Source: Balanoglossus misakiensis (Eukaryota > Animalia > Hemichordata). Taken from it: a stretch of DNA of 64,000 nucleotides. The notes below the pieces were generated by a model. That model had not been told where the DNA came from. It was given only the letters and a program-made list of their open reading frames with translations, and did no database searches. The translations under genes and the position numbers were made by a program. The stretch covers positions 9,800,296 to 9,864,295 of the forward strand of contig CM082594.2 in the NCBI GenBank assembly GCA_040954595.2, in the 5' to 3' direction. Positions 1 to 17,684 of this stretch are shown piece by piece (positions within the stretch are counted from its first letter, which is position 1; the number at the start of each line of letters is the position of its first letter).

Positions 1-3000
1 CATTTGCAATACAGAGTATGTAAATTTGTACATTTTTTTGGGTCCTTAAACAAACTTGACAAGACTGCAATCTCTGCACTATCTACTGGTTAAAATGTCG
101 GCTTTGTTGCTATGCCAACACAAGATCTAGCCACGAGTGATTCTTGAAGTCTTGCAGAGGATGATTTGGAAATGGCATTAAAGACTGCACATATACAACA
201 TGAGACATTTATATACTGAGATACCCAAAATTTTGAAGAGCATTTTGATCAGTTCTTGGAAAAACTGTCTTTTAGTCTGATTACTGCACAAACTCAGAAA
301 GGTCTTGAGCTGAGTCTTACAACCCCTTTGATGAAGTTCTAATTACTTTTCAACAAATTGCAAACTACTTTAAGGTTAATAACTACTCCAAGGAGATGGA
401 AAATATAAATTGGAGATGTAATTTGACAGGATTCAACAACTCTGATTGATGGGCTTATCAATTTTTACCATGACCCTTTGAAGGTTATTTCACACCTTCA
501 ATTTCCTTGTCAAATATAATCTTGATGAAGATTGGTGCAGGCCCTGGGTTACTATACACTTAGTATCATCTTCTACCAGTACTGCGTATATGTTGATAAA
601 GTCACACATCTTGTCTGATTTCACATTATTTCTCCTGTTTAATTTCGTTGACAAACATAGCAGAAATCAATCAATCAGGTTACCATGACAATAACGACAT
701 GAGCACATATCCGATATGGACCAACTTGATTACATGACTGTGTTGATGAAATGTTTAATATTTAGTTGCTAATATAATAGAGATATTTTTAAGGTACAAG
801 GAAAATTATAACTCTCAAACTGAAACTGCCATGCAAATGAGATGAAGAACTGACCGCGTGTTGGTGCTTGCGTTTATGAGTTCCTCAGAAGACATTAAAT
901 CACAATTAATCTAGTGTATTGAGTAATGACTAATGCATTTGATGTATTTAGGTTGTTCACAAAATAGTGCAATGTAGGGGGACAACAAGCGCAGTTCTTT
1001 AACCGCAGGTACAATTGTAACAAGCCACTCATGCAGAACATGAATCCAGTGTTTTGATCGAAATGACCATGAATGCCGTGTCAACTACTAACAAAATATT
1101 TGTAAGTCTTTCAACATCCCAGTAGTCAGGGTCGGGTGTAAGGTCAGGATTAAACCTTTCGCCATCCTGATTTGGTCCAGAATTTATATGGTAAGGTTGG
1201 ACCTCAGTAGAGGGAACTGGGATGCAGGCCAAGGACTGCACTGATAGTCAATTTACTCTATACCGTACTAGAAAAAGTCTAAACTGTAAACAATCATAGT
1301 TTTCCAGTACAGTTGAATAAATAAAGTAATATATGGTACATGTAGAAGATTTATAGTCACCATAAGGAAAATTATGTGACTGCAGGATGCATGAATCTAT
1401 TGCTGTGACATATGTTAACTAAAGTCTAGACATGGAGGCCTATAGCTGAGGCTGAAATAGATTGAACACACCTCTGTAACCTATACCATTGTTATTTTAA
1501 TGAACCATTCTCAAATCACATTGATAACCTAACCATGTACAATGACATCGTGCTCAATACAATGCAACCTCTATGCACCAGACGCTAAGCTCAGTGATTC
1601 TAAACTGTAAAAAGAATGAGTTTTTTTCTCACAGTTTAATGTCACAACCTTTACTGGTGAACTAAATTACAAAATATCACATTGTTTCGCAGTCATGAGA
1701 ACCCAGTGAACACAACCTGCCCACAGCGGCATTTTGGCAAATTAAAAACCATAGTGATCAATTCTCTTACATACATGTAATGTAAATTAGACTGGCTACC
1801 AGACGTTAGAAAGCGAAAATTGAGAATCAATCTTTTCACAACAATAATTGCCATCAATTAACCTACCTCAGAAAGAATCCTCATACATGAAGCTTTGACG
1901 TGTTATACTTTGTACACTCCACCAGCCTGTAGTGCTTTTCAAGAGTAGCTTGTAATCTCACAAACATGTGTCCACAATTGTTTCTCTTGGAAACATACCT
2001 CCTGCTGAGTGAGCAAATCTTGTAGGCTTGTGAATCCTATCAAATCACAGTTCAGTATGTGTTTTCACTGGGAAATCTGCAACAAATAATGGTGTACTTT
2101 GAGATGACTCAACAAAGAACTAACGGCTGTGTGCAGCATTATAACAGTGCCCTACTGCATCACTCTTACACTGTATTCAATGTTGGCGGCTGTTCAACTC
2201 AACACTATAGGATTTGACCTTTCACCCCAGCAAGATAACCTAATTGAAATCAATGTGACATCATGTATATTGCCATGCACTTTATGGAAAATGATAAAAA
2301 ATGTCTAAATTGGACCAAACTTTGCAGCTGCAGTTTCACATGATCCATGCTATAAATTCATTATCCTCTGACTTAAAATACTTTCAGAGACTGCATTAAT
2401 TCACACATCCAAACAAAAACAGACTCACTGGTGCCTGGGCTATGTTTATACAAATGAAGCATGCAAGTATTAAAACACAGACGGCACAGTGTAACTAGCT
2501 GTAACCTACTACCCTTATGAATCAGTAGCAGGACTAGCTACACACTGATGTATATTGTACTTACATGGTTTGTTCTTTCAAAGTCAACTATCCAACACTT
2601 AACCAATTAAACCAATTAGTCTAGTTGCTAGAGTTAGTCTGTTACCAGCAAGCTGGAAGTCAACCAACTATAAACAACTCCTTGCATGACCACCAGGAAT
2701 GGAGATAACTTGAAACACGACACCACCAACGTAGTAAACACCCTGTTGATTGATGTTGCTGGTTTGTTTGACAAGGTTGAAGAGGACACTGATCTGGAGG
2801 AATGGTTACAATCTGTGTACAAGGACAATGACAACACTGTCTTCATAAATCAGAATGCTGTCATTAACAGACTGAAATATTCAGGTTTGATAGAAAGTGA
2901 ATTTCAGTCAGTGACTCAGTCCATCATCTGCTAAATGCTCAGCCTGATGTCTACTTTACATCTAGCATCTGGATAGGGTCACTTGACAAATAAGGGTAAA

Positions 3001-4069
3001 CACTATTGACGCAAGATACATGTACAAGTGAGGATGCTATGCAAAGCTCACAGAGATGGAGTCAACAATTGTCCCTTCAAGATTTCATCCAAAGGGACTA
3101 AGAAACCAGTGGACAACATGATGGGCATTGTTTATGCATCATGATGCATTTATTGAACTGAAGCAAATAAATTACAAAATATGAAAAACCTCAGAAAACA
3201 AAACAAAAACGAAATGAAAATTATAAGAAAGTACACATTGCAGAGATATCTATATGGAGCAGAGTTTTTACAAACAAGGATAGTGCAGGTATTACATGAG
3301 CACCAGAACAACAAAACCTCAATTTATGACAAACAAACCACCATAGTTTCACAGTACATGCACTCACAGTTCTCTAACTTTGCAGGAAATTTTAAGGGGT
3401 TTCCACGGATACGTGAAATCTAAGCTATAAAGCGTATAACTTACAAGATTGTGCTTTATATTCATGTTAATCAACATCTTGTAATGTTGGTGGCAAAATG
3501 AATTTCAAGCACTTCATTCTATAAGAACATTTAAGCATTTTCCAGGCAGTTTTAAGTTCCAGGCTTTCCATTTGTTTTGAAAAAAAATCCCACATAAAAG
3601 TATGTGCTTATCCTATCTCAGTAATGGTAAAATGGGCCAACAAACCATACTATAATGTTTGTGATCCTTTTCCATTTAAATTTAAAATTAATCCCCAATA
3701 TAACTTGCAATATTTGTGACAAGTATCAGAAATTAAAATATTCCAATGTTCCACAAAAACTAGTCCATTAAAATGAATCAAAGAAATGTGACCAATATGT
3801 GTGCATATTGAAAAATGAAACATATAGTTGCTTTGAAATAAGATTTACCATAATCAATAAGAACTGTAATCTGCAGAGTTCTTTTGACTTTTGAATCTAT
3901 CAGAAAGAATGAGAGACATTTTCATCCCACATCAATTTTTTGATATCGCGTTTGAGCTTAAATGTATAATATTTGTTGGATTATGAACTCCACACAATCT
4001 CTTTTATCAGGACAGATGCAATAAATAGCTAAGTGCGTAAAAAGTGTATCTTTCACTCTATCTGTTCAG

Positions 4070-9320
<5,251 letters not shown>

Positions 9321-9771
9321 CACGGACTGAGGGACTGTATTAATACAACAAGCCCTGTCAGAAATAAGGGAATGTACACAGTGTACACTGATGTCAATAT
9401 CAGCTCAACTGCTCGTCGTTCGATGAAAAAATCACAGCAGACTCGGTCACCAATCGCTCTTTGCACTCTTTGATATCATACCTCACAAATACATGACTAT
9501 TTACCTGTAGTTTTCGTTTGCCAAGTCTACCTGACAGGATCGGAGGAAAGAGACGAGGCAGGCAGGAGCAACTTCCGGCTACTAACGTTGCACCCTGGGA
9601 TATCAACGATAGTGGAATCCGATTCAATTAAACATTTTTGTTACCTTTACATTAAAATCAGTATGTTGACCAATATTTCACAACTTCAAGACTAAATTAA
9701 TAATTTTATCGTTAACTCATAATAACAATTTTCAGAAATACTGTTTAAAAAATCAAGTAAATCCTACTCAC

Positions 9772-10771
9772 CGTTTTGATGAACCCACGCTCCGGAAAGT
9801 GTACGTTAGTGTTAGTATCAAGTGGGTGGGGCACACAGCCTTTTACTTACGCAGTACACATTGGTTGCAATTCTGTTGAGTGATTACTATCAATTTGCAG
9901 TAAAATATCGTCGAACGGAACATTTTAAGTCAACAGATCAATTGTTTCGGTCAACTCGTTGATAAAACGCGTTAGCCGAAAGTTCAGTGAATACACGTAC
10001 TAGAGGTCACAGTGCGCCTTTGAATACAGCTTCTGCGCACACGGTGACTTGCTTTGAATGGCCAGAAGTTTGAATTGTGGGCGTTTATGAAAGCAAACAA
10101 TAATGCCAGGCTTTATGAGAGATGAAACGATTAGGGTCTGGGTGAATAGGCGTTTAAATGGCCATCTAAGCGCAGAGTCTTCAGCTCTCATTGTGTCTTT
10201 GTCACGCATGACAAATGCTGTACCATTGGAACAAACAGTTGTGATTTGTCAGCCTCTATCCAAGCATTGGAGTGGGTACTTTGCCAAAACGTTTTTTCTA
10301 ATCTATCCACCCAAGTTGTCGATCAAGTTTGATAATAAGCGATGATTGCGAATAGGGATGATTTGACAACGTTATCATTGGCAACATTAGATCTGTTGCA
10401 CCTTCAAAACAATGGTGACAACTTTTTTCAAGTGGATTACGACTGATAGGCACGTGACACCTTATTTTGACGATGGCAATTTAACTTTTAATAATGAGCA
10501 CATCATACTGATGATTGTCTGTTCGTTGAATTTTCTATGAAGTGCGTGCCCTCATACGGGGGGCACACCCTTCTAGGTTTGTCCATCGATATCAATGGTT
10601 GTTTTATTCCCTTTCTCTCGACTGAATAGAATTGGATTTAAGACAACTCCCTGGCCCAGATTTTATGGTCTGAAATTTACCTTTCTTCCTCTCACATACC
10701 ATACCACAAGCGCTGCGCCATTGCACAGTCGTCGTTCCAAATCGCGGGATGCTGTAGCGTCTTTTGAGAAA
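9772..10771. promoter_or_regulatory. Putative bidirectional promoter between the dynein IC gene (-) and the 10772 membrane-protein gene (+)
   Basis: Two genes diverge across about 1 kb; the region has more CpG than flanking introns; a minus-strand donor (GTGAGT) at 9771 marks the probable 5' UTR exon of the dynein gene. Confidence 0.55.
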
Positions 10772-13700
10772 ATGGGAGGTTCGCGTGTGCAAGCAACTTT
10801 TTGCTTGGTGCTATTGCTGTGTGTTGAAATCAACGCCCAGACAACGCCAAAAACTGTCGTTCAGAGAAGTAAGTACTTTATTCTTTCTTCTTGTTTTCAA
10901 AAGCGGGAGAACACGATGATAAAAAAGCTTCATGTGGATTTCTCATGTGTACCGGTACATTATCATGAATATTTTTTGCAACAAGACACGATAAAACTTA
11001 CCGGAGAAGTATTATGACAGACCAATAAAATGAAAAATATATTTCCATCCTTTTTTTAGAAGGGTCTGGTTCTGTTTTTGTTAATTGATTACCTTTTCAC
11101 GAAAACACTTTCCTGCCGTTGATAAACTTTCAAATAGTGACACTAAATGAACTGAAAACATGATATGAAAGCGAATTATTTCTTCAGATCGAGCATAGCA
11201 AGTTGTGCCCACTTTATTGGATTATATAAAATGATTTCATAGACAACTTTAATTGATCCTTATATGCATTAGGCTATTTTATAAACTTCGTTTTGTAAAC
11301 TGTGATATCTCATTTTCTACTGACTACTATATTTATGTGACTGCTGACTGCGCCCATTACTGTCACGTGACTTTGCGTCGGGCGTGAATTATTTGCTCTA
11401 TGGCTATTAAAAGACGCACTATTCCTATTGAAAGAAGTCGTTTTACTGACATGACCGCAGGGCACATACAATTGCAGAGACTGTCGACTGTACTTTAAGA
11501 CACGGTGACTAAGGTATCGCAATGTGATGACATTTTATCACCACAGGAACAAAAAAGCTGAAATAGTTGGCAGTGCAGTAAAGCCAGTGACGTACTAGTA
11601 TTTAATAGTTTGGTAACTTAATTGGCGATTGATATTTTTTATGATTTGTCGTCGGTCAACCTCGAAGCCGGCTACTTTCAGCCCTGACCCTGAAACGATA
11701 ATGCCGCATATATGTTGGTCTTACAAAGTGTTATTCAGTACAGTACGGTGGCCGATATCGACAAGTGTGTGTAAGTTTGAAACTTACACACACTTGTCGA
11801 TATCGGCCACGGTAGTACGGGGCCACATTGTTACTGGCCACTATAGACCGGTTTGACTATTATAATTCACCCCATAGACTACAGATGCCAATTATGTTTA
11901 TTCTTGTGTCTTCACAGCTCGCACAAAACTAGCTGGTTTGGCAGACGCTACCGGTCTGAGTGAGGGGTTCTGGATTAGTGTGATTGCCACCAGCATCTTG
12001 TGTCTGGTTGCTATAATCGTGTCCTGCTGCATCTGTTGCTGGCCCGTCAACCAAGAAACCATCGTCTCGAAGATTTTTAAAAAGAACGTGACGAAGTCTT
12101 CAACAAGCCGCAGTTCTGCCACTCAACAGCAATCAAGAAAGTCGACGCGAAGCTCCAGGCAAAAAGATCACGATGTCATTCCGATATCCATACCGACAAC
12201 CACTGACACTGTTAGCGCGTATAACTGGTTCTACAACCCCATCACCACCCCAGACACAGTAGAACCAGTTGAACCAGAACAGCCTGTCCAGAAGGAAGAA
12301 CATGATGTTCAAGTGACCTCCTTTATCAATGTACATGGAGAGAAATATGATTATGAAAGCCCAGCGTTCAATTTCATAACGTTGCCACCACCATCAGAAA
12401 CTAGGCCTGAATCCGAACCCGAACCAGAAACTGAGCCTGGAACAGAACACCCAACTTTAACCGACTATCCGGATGAGATCAATGATGATGACATCGACTT
12501 CACTATGTTCAGAAGAAACATCACCAAAAGGCCAGCGCCTGCAGCTGTCCAGGAAAGTCAACCCAGTGTTGTGGTCGAGGAAGAAGTCACAACAGTCAGT
12601 GCTAGAACCATCGGTATCAACACTGACCCAATGAAACCAGAAGAGAAGATTATCATCGTGACTAAAGAAGTTCAGCCACCGCCTCCTATCATCAGAGTGC
12701 CACCACCACCACCACCCCAACCAATTCAGGCAGTAGTTGTGCCAGACATACAAGATGAAAGTGATGAGTGGGTCTACTGTCGTAACATAGCAACAATGAC
12801 CGAACCAAACCCCTACGAGAATACTACGCTGATTGCATATACGGGTAACCAGTTTAACCGAAGTAGCACGTCACACCACCAGGCACCTGGGTGGAGAAGA
12901 GAGTGGTTTTATCAGGTACCTACCACAAAAGTAGTTACAGAGAGAGTGGTTGATGTAACCAATGGCGTCAGAGCTAGTCAGAATGAAGACCGTACGATTA
13001 CCGACGAGTTGATACGAGAGAGTCTTGTCACCCGAAGAGTTCCTGAGACAGAAAACGTAGAGAAGGTGATTGTTTCGACGTCGCAAAAACAAGTTATTGA
13101 TTCAGGAATCGCTGATGTCGAATATCAAACCAAATATGTGAAAAGAGACACGGCTGAGAATACGCAAACCACTATGGGAGTCAACACCGATGCTGACAGC
13201 TACCGTGGAGTCCAGCGTGTCGTTAAAACAACGACGGTAACAAACCAAACGCCAGCTTACAACGAAGATGCGTATTTCATCAACTCACAGCAGTCACGTG
13301 GCAATGAAGTGAATAGTATGACCACTACAGACAGACTCCATACAGAAGACGAGTCCGTGTTTTTGAAGAGAAAACCAACGACCTCCAAATATACAGACGT
13401 GACCCGATCCACGAACACAGATACTGGTGTTGGCGCTTGGACGGTGTTCAAGAAAGCTTCTCTCGCGCAAACTGGTGATGACAAAGAAGTGTTTGTAAGA
13501 CGTCAGGTGACGACTTCAATGGGAACAAGCACAGATGAAACTCCGGGTGAACTTCCCGCACAGGCCTACACGACCGTTTATGCTGATACGTCTTATGACA
13601 GACGAAGTAAAAACGCCATCGCAAAGACGTCGTCAATGGCAACCAACACGGAAGATGACGACCAAGTAATTGTCTATAAAACAATCACTCCAAGTAAGCC

Positions 13701-14391
13701 AGTGGAACGCGTTACCGTCGATACAACAAATGAGAGACGAAGCAAAAACGTTGTTACAAAGACGTCGTCAATGGCAACCAACACAGAAGATGATGATCAC
13801 GTAGTTGTCTACAAAACGATCACTCCCAGCAAGCCAGTAGAACGCGTTACCACGACAACTGCTACCCGCACAGCGAAACCAGATACTAAGTGGGAAATAT
13901 ACCGAGCCCCGGGCGCGGAGATCAGCAGCAGCCACACAGACACAAAGAGGGTGTGGCAGGAAGTGCGAGAAACCTCATCTCGTCCGACCGACACCATGAC
14001 GATTGAAGAGAAAGTGATCATTCCACGGCCCTATAAAGAACGCGAAGAGAAATCAGTCATCACTAGACCCTACGAAGAAGTAACGAGACAAGGCAGAGAT
14101 GGAGAGACCACAGTGTCCACGAAAACTGAACAACATGAAGATGATGATGGATACATAGTAACCAAAACCACGACAACCAGGAAAACAACCCGTGTGGTAC
14201 AAGATGGTGGTCAGCCCAGCAACCCAACAGTCCGATCGGAAAGCACCACTTTGCCAACAAGTAGTAGGTCTGAAAGTAGCATGGATTCCTTCCCGATTCG
14301 AATTCCAAGACCAACTCATCACAAACAAAATGTGTTTTACGTTCGACAAGACCGTTCAGAGGAAGACACCGATTCTGACTACAGACCATGA
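10772..14391 (+). CDS. Uncharacterised type-I single-pass membrane protein (about 856 aa) with long Thr/Ser/Glu-rich disordered cytoplasmic tail
   Basis: Exon 1 10772-10868 encodes a signal peptide MGGSRVQATFCLVLLLCVEINA, then donor A|GTAAGT. Acceptor ttcacag| at 11917 joins in frame to the 817-aa ORF. TM helix FWISVIATSILCLVAIIVSCCICCW followed by basic KIFKK; polyproline PPPPPPP; repeated xTNT/TMT/TST motifs. Confidence 0.85.
11748..11810. repeat. Perfect palindrome, 31-bp arms with 1-nt spacer
   Basis: gtggccgatatcgacaagtgtgtgtaagttt-g-aaacttacacacacttgtcgatatcggccac. Confidence 0.95.
13600..13851 (+). repeat. In-frame 135-bp (45-aa) tandem duplication inside the membrane-protein CDS
   Basis: RRSKNAIAKTSSMATNTEDDDQVIVYKTITPSKPVERVT at 13600 and RRSKNVVTKTSSMATNTEDDDHVVVYKTITPSKPVERVT at 13735. 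Confidence 0.92.
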
Positions 14392-14904
14392 ATTGTTTAC
14401 TACAAACCTAATAATATACATATAACTGACTTTACATGTTATGAACATATTATAATCAGAACTAACATAGCCTGCTACTTCAAAAGAAAACAACTAAAAT
14501 CCACCCACACACAACTCATTCATTCGTGTATAAAAAAGAAATTTTTAGCTGTCAGTTTTCATCTATATTTTAGCCTTCAGAAATTTCTTACTTTACATAG
14601 ATATGGGTATAATATTATACATGTATAGCAAAACTATTGTCAAAATAATTATCTCATTTACAGTTAATAATAATATGTCCGAGCTGTTTTGTTCAAGCAA
14701 GTAAATCATTTGAAAATACAGAGGATTCTGTACAGTTTAACTTGAGGTATTTTATCTCATTTTTTTCTGTTGTGTATTGCTTTATATTCACCAAAACATA
14801 TTGTAAATCTGGTTTTGATGTTTACATTTTTATATTGAACAATGCATATGTAACAATGCATATATTCATGACTTGTTGCTGCACCTCAACACTTTGCGAA
14901 GTAT

Positions 14905-17684
14905 TCACTTCTCATCGGAGTTCACTTTACTTTCAGTCCATGCAGCTTTCACTTGTATTACAGTGTTTTTACGAGGCCTTACTAGAAGACGTTGGCATTT
15001 CGACATGACGTAATCAAATCCGAACTCAGTCAATTGTAGTAGAGTAAGAATACTGGCGCCAAGACAAAGACCCATGTTTCCACCAATTTGACCTATAAGA
15101 GTAATGAAAATGAGAAAAAAATAATTTAATAATGACGATGATAAAAAAATAATAATATGATACTGATAAGAAATGTATGTATAGGTGATACTTACTAACA
15201 AGAACAATAATGTCTGTGTCCGGGAGTTGTGTGATGGTTTCTAGATTAAGAGCTTCATAGAAAATAGAAAGTACGATGACGTTTTTTCTGAAACAAAAAA
15301 ATCAATAAATGAGTCAGTATAATCGAGAAATGAATGTATTGGAACCAAAATAATCCCTCCTTTATTTAGATACTACAGCTTGATTGCACCACTCCTGTAC
15401 CATGTCTCACACCTGGTGATTTCATTATAAGTAAATAAATATTAAATACATATCAATAACTATAAGCGAATTGGGACTAAGAAATCTTCTGTCAGGATGA
15501 TAATAAAACTTGTACAACTTACTCTATATATTCTTCCGTCATATTATGTTCCGTATTGTGAAACATTTTCTCGATGAAGGCAGGTCGTAACTTTGACATT
15601 GTGATAACGTGTGGAAAATCTTCCAACTCACATGGATCAGTGCAGGTACAATCAAATGAGGAATGACCATCCACAAAATCTACTGTATAAACGACACAAA
15701 TGAAAAATTTAATACTCAGCAATATACACGTGTTTACTACTTGCCAGGCTATTGTGTCTGAATCTTAAAACGTCAAATGATTTAAACAAATCCTGTCTGT
15801 TAGAAATGATCACAAACAATCTAACTAAATGTTCAATCAAAGCGCTGAAAATAAGTACAAAAATACCAACCTAGAGCTGGGTGAGCACACAGGTGTGTTA
15901 GATTAGCGTCACATACAGGCCAATAGCCAGGTTGCTCTACAAGACGACATCCACAACTTTCAACCACTGCCAATGTTTCACACTCTATACGACAGGCGGG
16001 TAGCGAGTAGTGATCGTAATATTTCACGTTTCCATCCTTCAAACACTCTCCATAGGGAGCGGGCAAACCATGGATCTGAAACAAAGTGTAAACCTTTGAG
16101 CTCCACTTATACATTACATATTTATATAATATAGCAGAAAAAATACAATACACTAATATTGTTTTTTTCAATGATCTGCGTTACTCGAACTCCTATTGTT
16201 TAATATATTTACTTACCAGTGTAAAAAGAGAAAACCTTATGACATGGAACAAACACTAAAATATATCACCTTGAATGTTAATTGAACAAGCCCCCTTTCA
16301 TGTTAGCTTATGTCATGGCGCTCAATTACAGTGTATAAACAAGGCATACCTATGATCGATGATTTTGATATGAATAACAATTAATACTTACCAATTCTTT
16401 CTTCATAGAAATAAAGGTATGGTAGCCAGGAGCGACAGCATAACCCAACTCTTTGACAAAGGGTGGTTCATTAACTGTGTGTATAAGTATCTTCAGACCA
16501 GCATCCATTGAATCACCGTCTAAATCATTGCTTGGTGTGTACTCCTCAAGTTCAATATCAAGTATCAGTTTCAGTCCATTGCCTAATTGGAGAATATCGA
16601 AATAAACAAACAAACAGACAGTCAGACAAACGAACGAACGAATGAACAAAAATCACAATGATTTAAATTTCAATTGCAAGTTGTGTTAATTTTGCAGAAA
16701 GTTTTACCTGCTCCCGCTCGCTTGGATATAAGTGTTTCTACATCCTCTTCCCATTTATTAAAAGTGTAGCAGTTACCATGGTGAGTGCTCACGTGACTGA
16801 AATTACTTGCGAAGCACTTATCGCCGCTGTAGTCGCACTGAAAAAACACATATGACAATTTAATATTATACACAGCAAATTATTGCACAAGACCCGATGA
16901 ATATTACTCAACAGGGAAATCGGGCCACAAATTTACACCACTTTCTCTTTTCTGCAAGAATTTACAACATATTGAATCTTGAGAGTTTACCTTAAGAATC
17001 ATATCCTCGGCTTGATGACCTGTTCTGATGGCAAAATCTGTCATGTTGTATCCAGTATGATTATAGTGAACATTTGTCCAATTTATTGAATTTACCCAAG
17101 TTACAAATTCTTCAGCATACAGATGGGGACTGATGACGTTGTAATTTTCATCCACGATACCTGATATCAGAGAGAGGAAGAGAGAGAGAGAGAGGGAGGG
17201 AGGGAGAGAGAAAGTGGGAGATATCGAGGTTAATAATTAGATTTTTGGTAGCCACAGATCCCATAGACACTGAAACTATACCACCTATGCTAGGACCACT
17301 CCCTACTACTCTCAATTCCCCTATTACATTATTACAACTGTTACTGTACAGATAATGAACATAATACGAACCTAGATGAACACCGACAACACTGATATCT
17401 TCCTCTGTAAAAGCTGTCTCACGATATCTATTAAAGTTGCAGATAGTAATTGCAGGAAATTCCACCTCTGTTGTGTAATTCAGATCAGTCTTTGTAACAT
17501 GGTGACGTTCGGCATAGTAGATAATGCTTGATATGCACTGGTAAAGCAGAAACGACGTAGACCCAAGGAAGGCAATGATCCATACACTACGCCGTGCTAG
17601 ACTGCTGTTTACAGCAGCGATGTGCTTAACACCGTGTAGGTCAGCTGTTTCCAAAGTGAATTTTCGTAAACTGTTGCTTTGCAT
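14905..17684 (-). CDS. Acid-sensing ion channel-like DEG/ENaC subunit (8 exons)
   Basis: N-terminal HG motif (ADLHGVKHI), TM1, HHVTK, FPAITICNFN, HGNCYTFN, GNGLKLILDI, Cys-rich thumb (CRIECET..CGC), and TM2 QIGGNMGLCLGASILT with the GAS filter. Stop at 14905. Confidence 0.93.
17170..17212. repeat. (GA)n/(GGGA)n purine microsatellite forming the pyrimidine tract of an ASIC intron
   Basis: gagagaggaagagagagagagagagggagggagggagagagaa. Confidence 0.85.

Noticed and set aside
2686-2934. 82-aa plus-strand ORF (MTTRNGDNL...)
   Set aside because: No recognisable motif or supporting exon structure; compatible with a chance ORF or decayed fragment.
12133-14425. Several antisense and alternate-frame ORFs overlapping the 817-aa ORF
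   Set aside because: Shadow ORFs arising from the codon bias of the real CDS.
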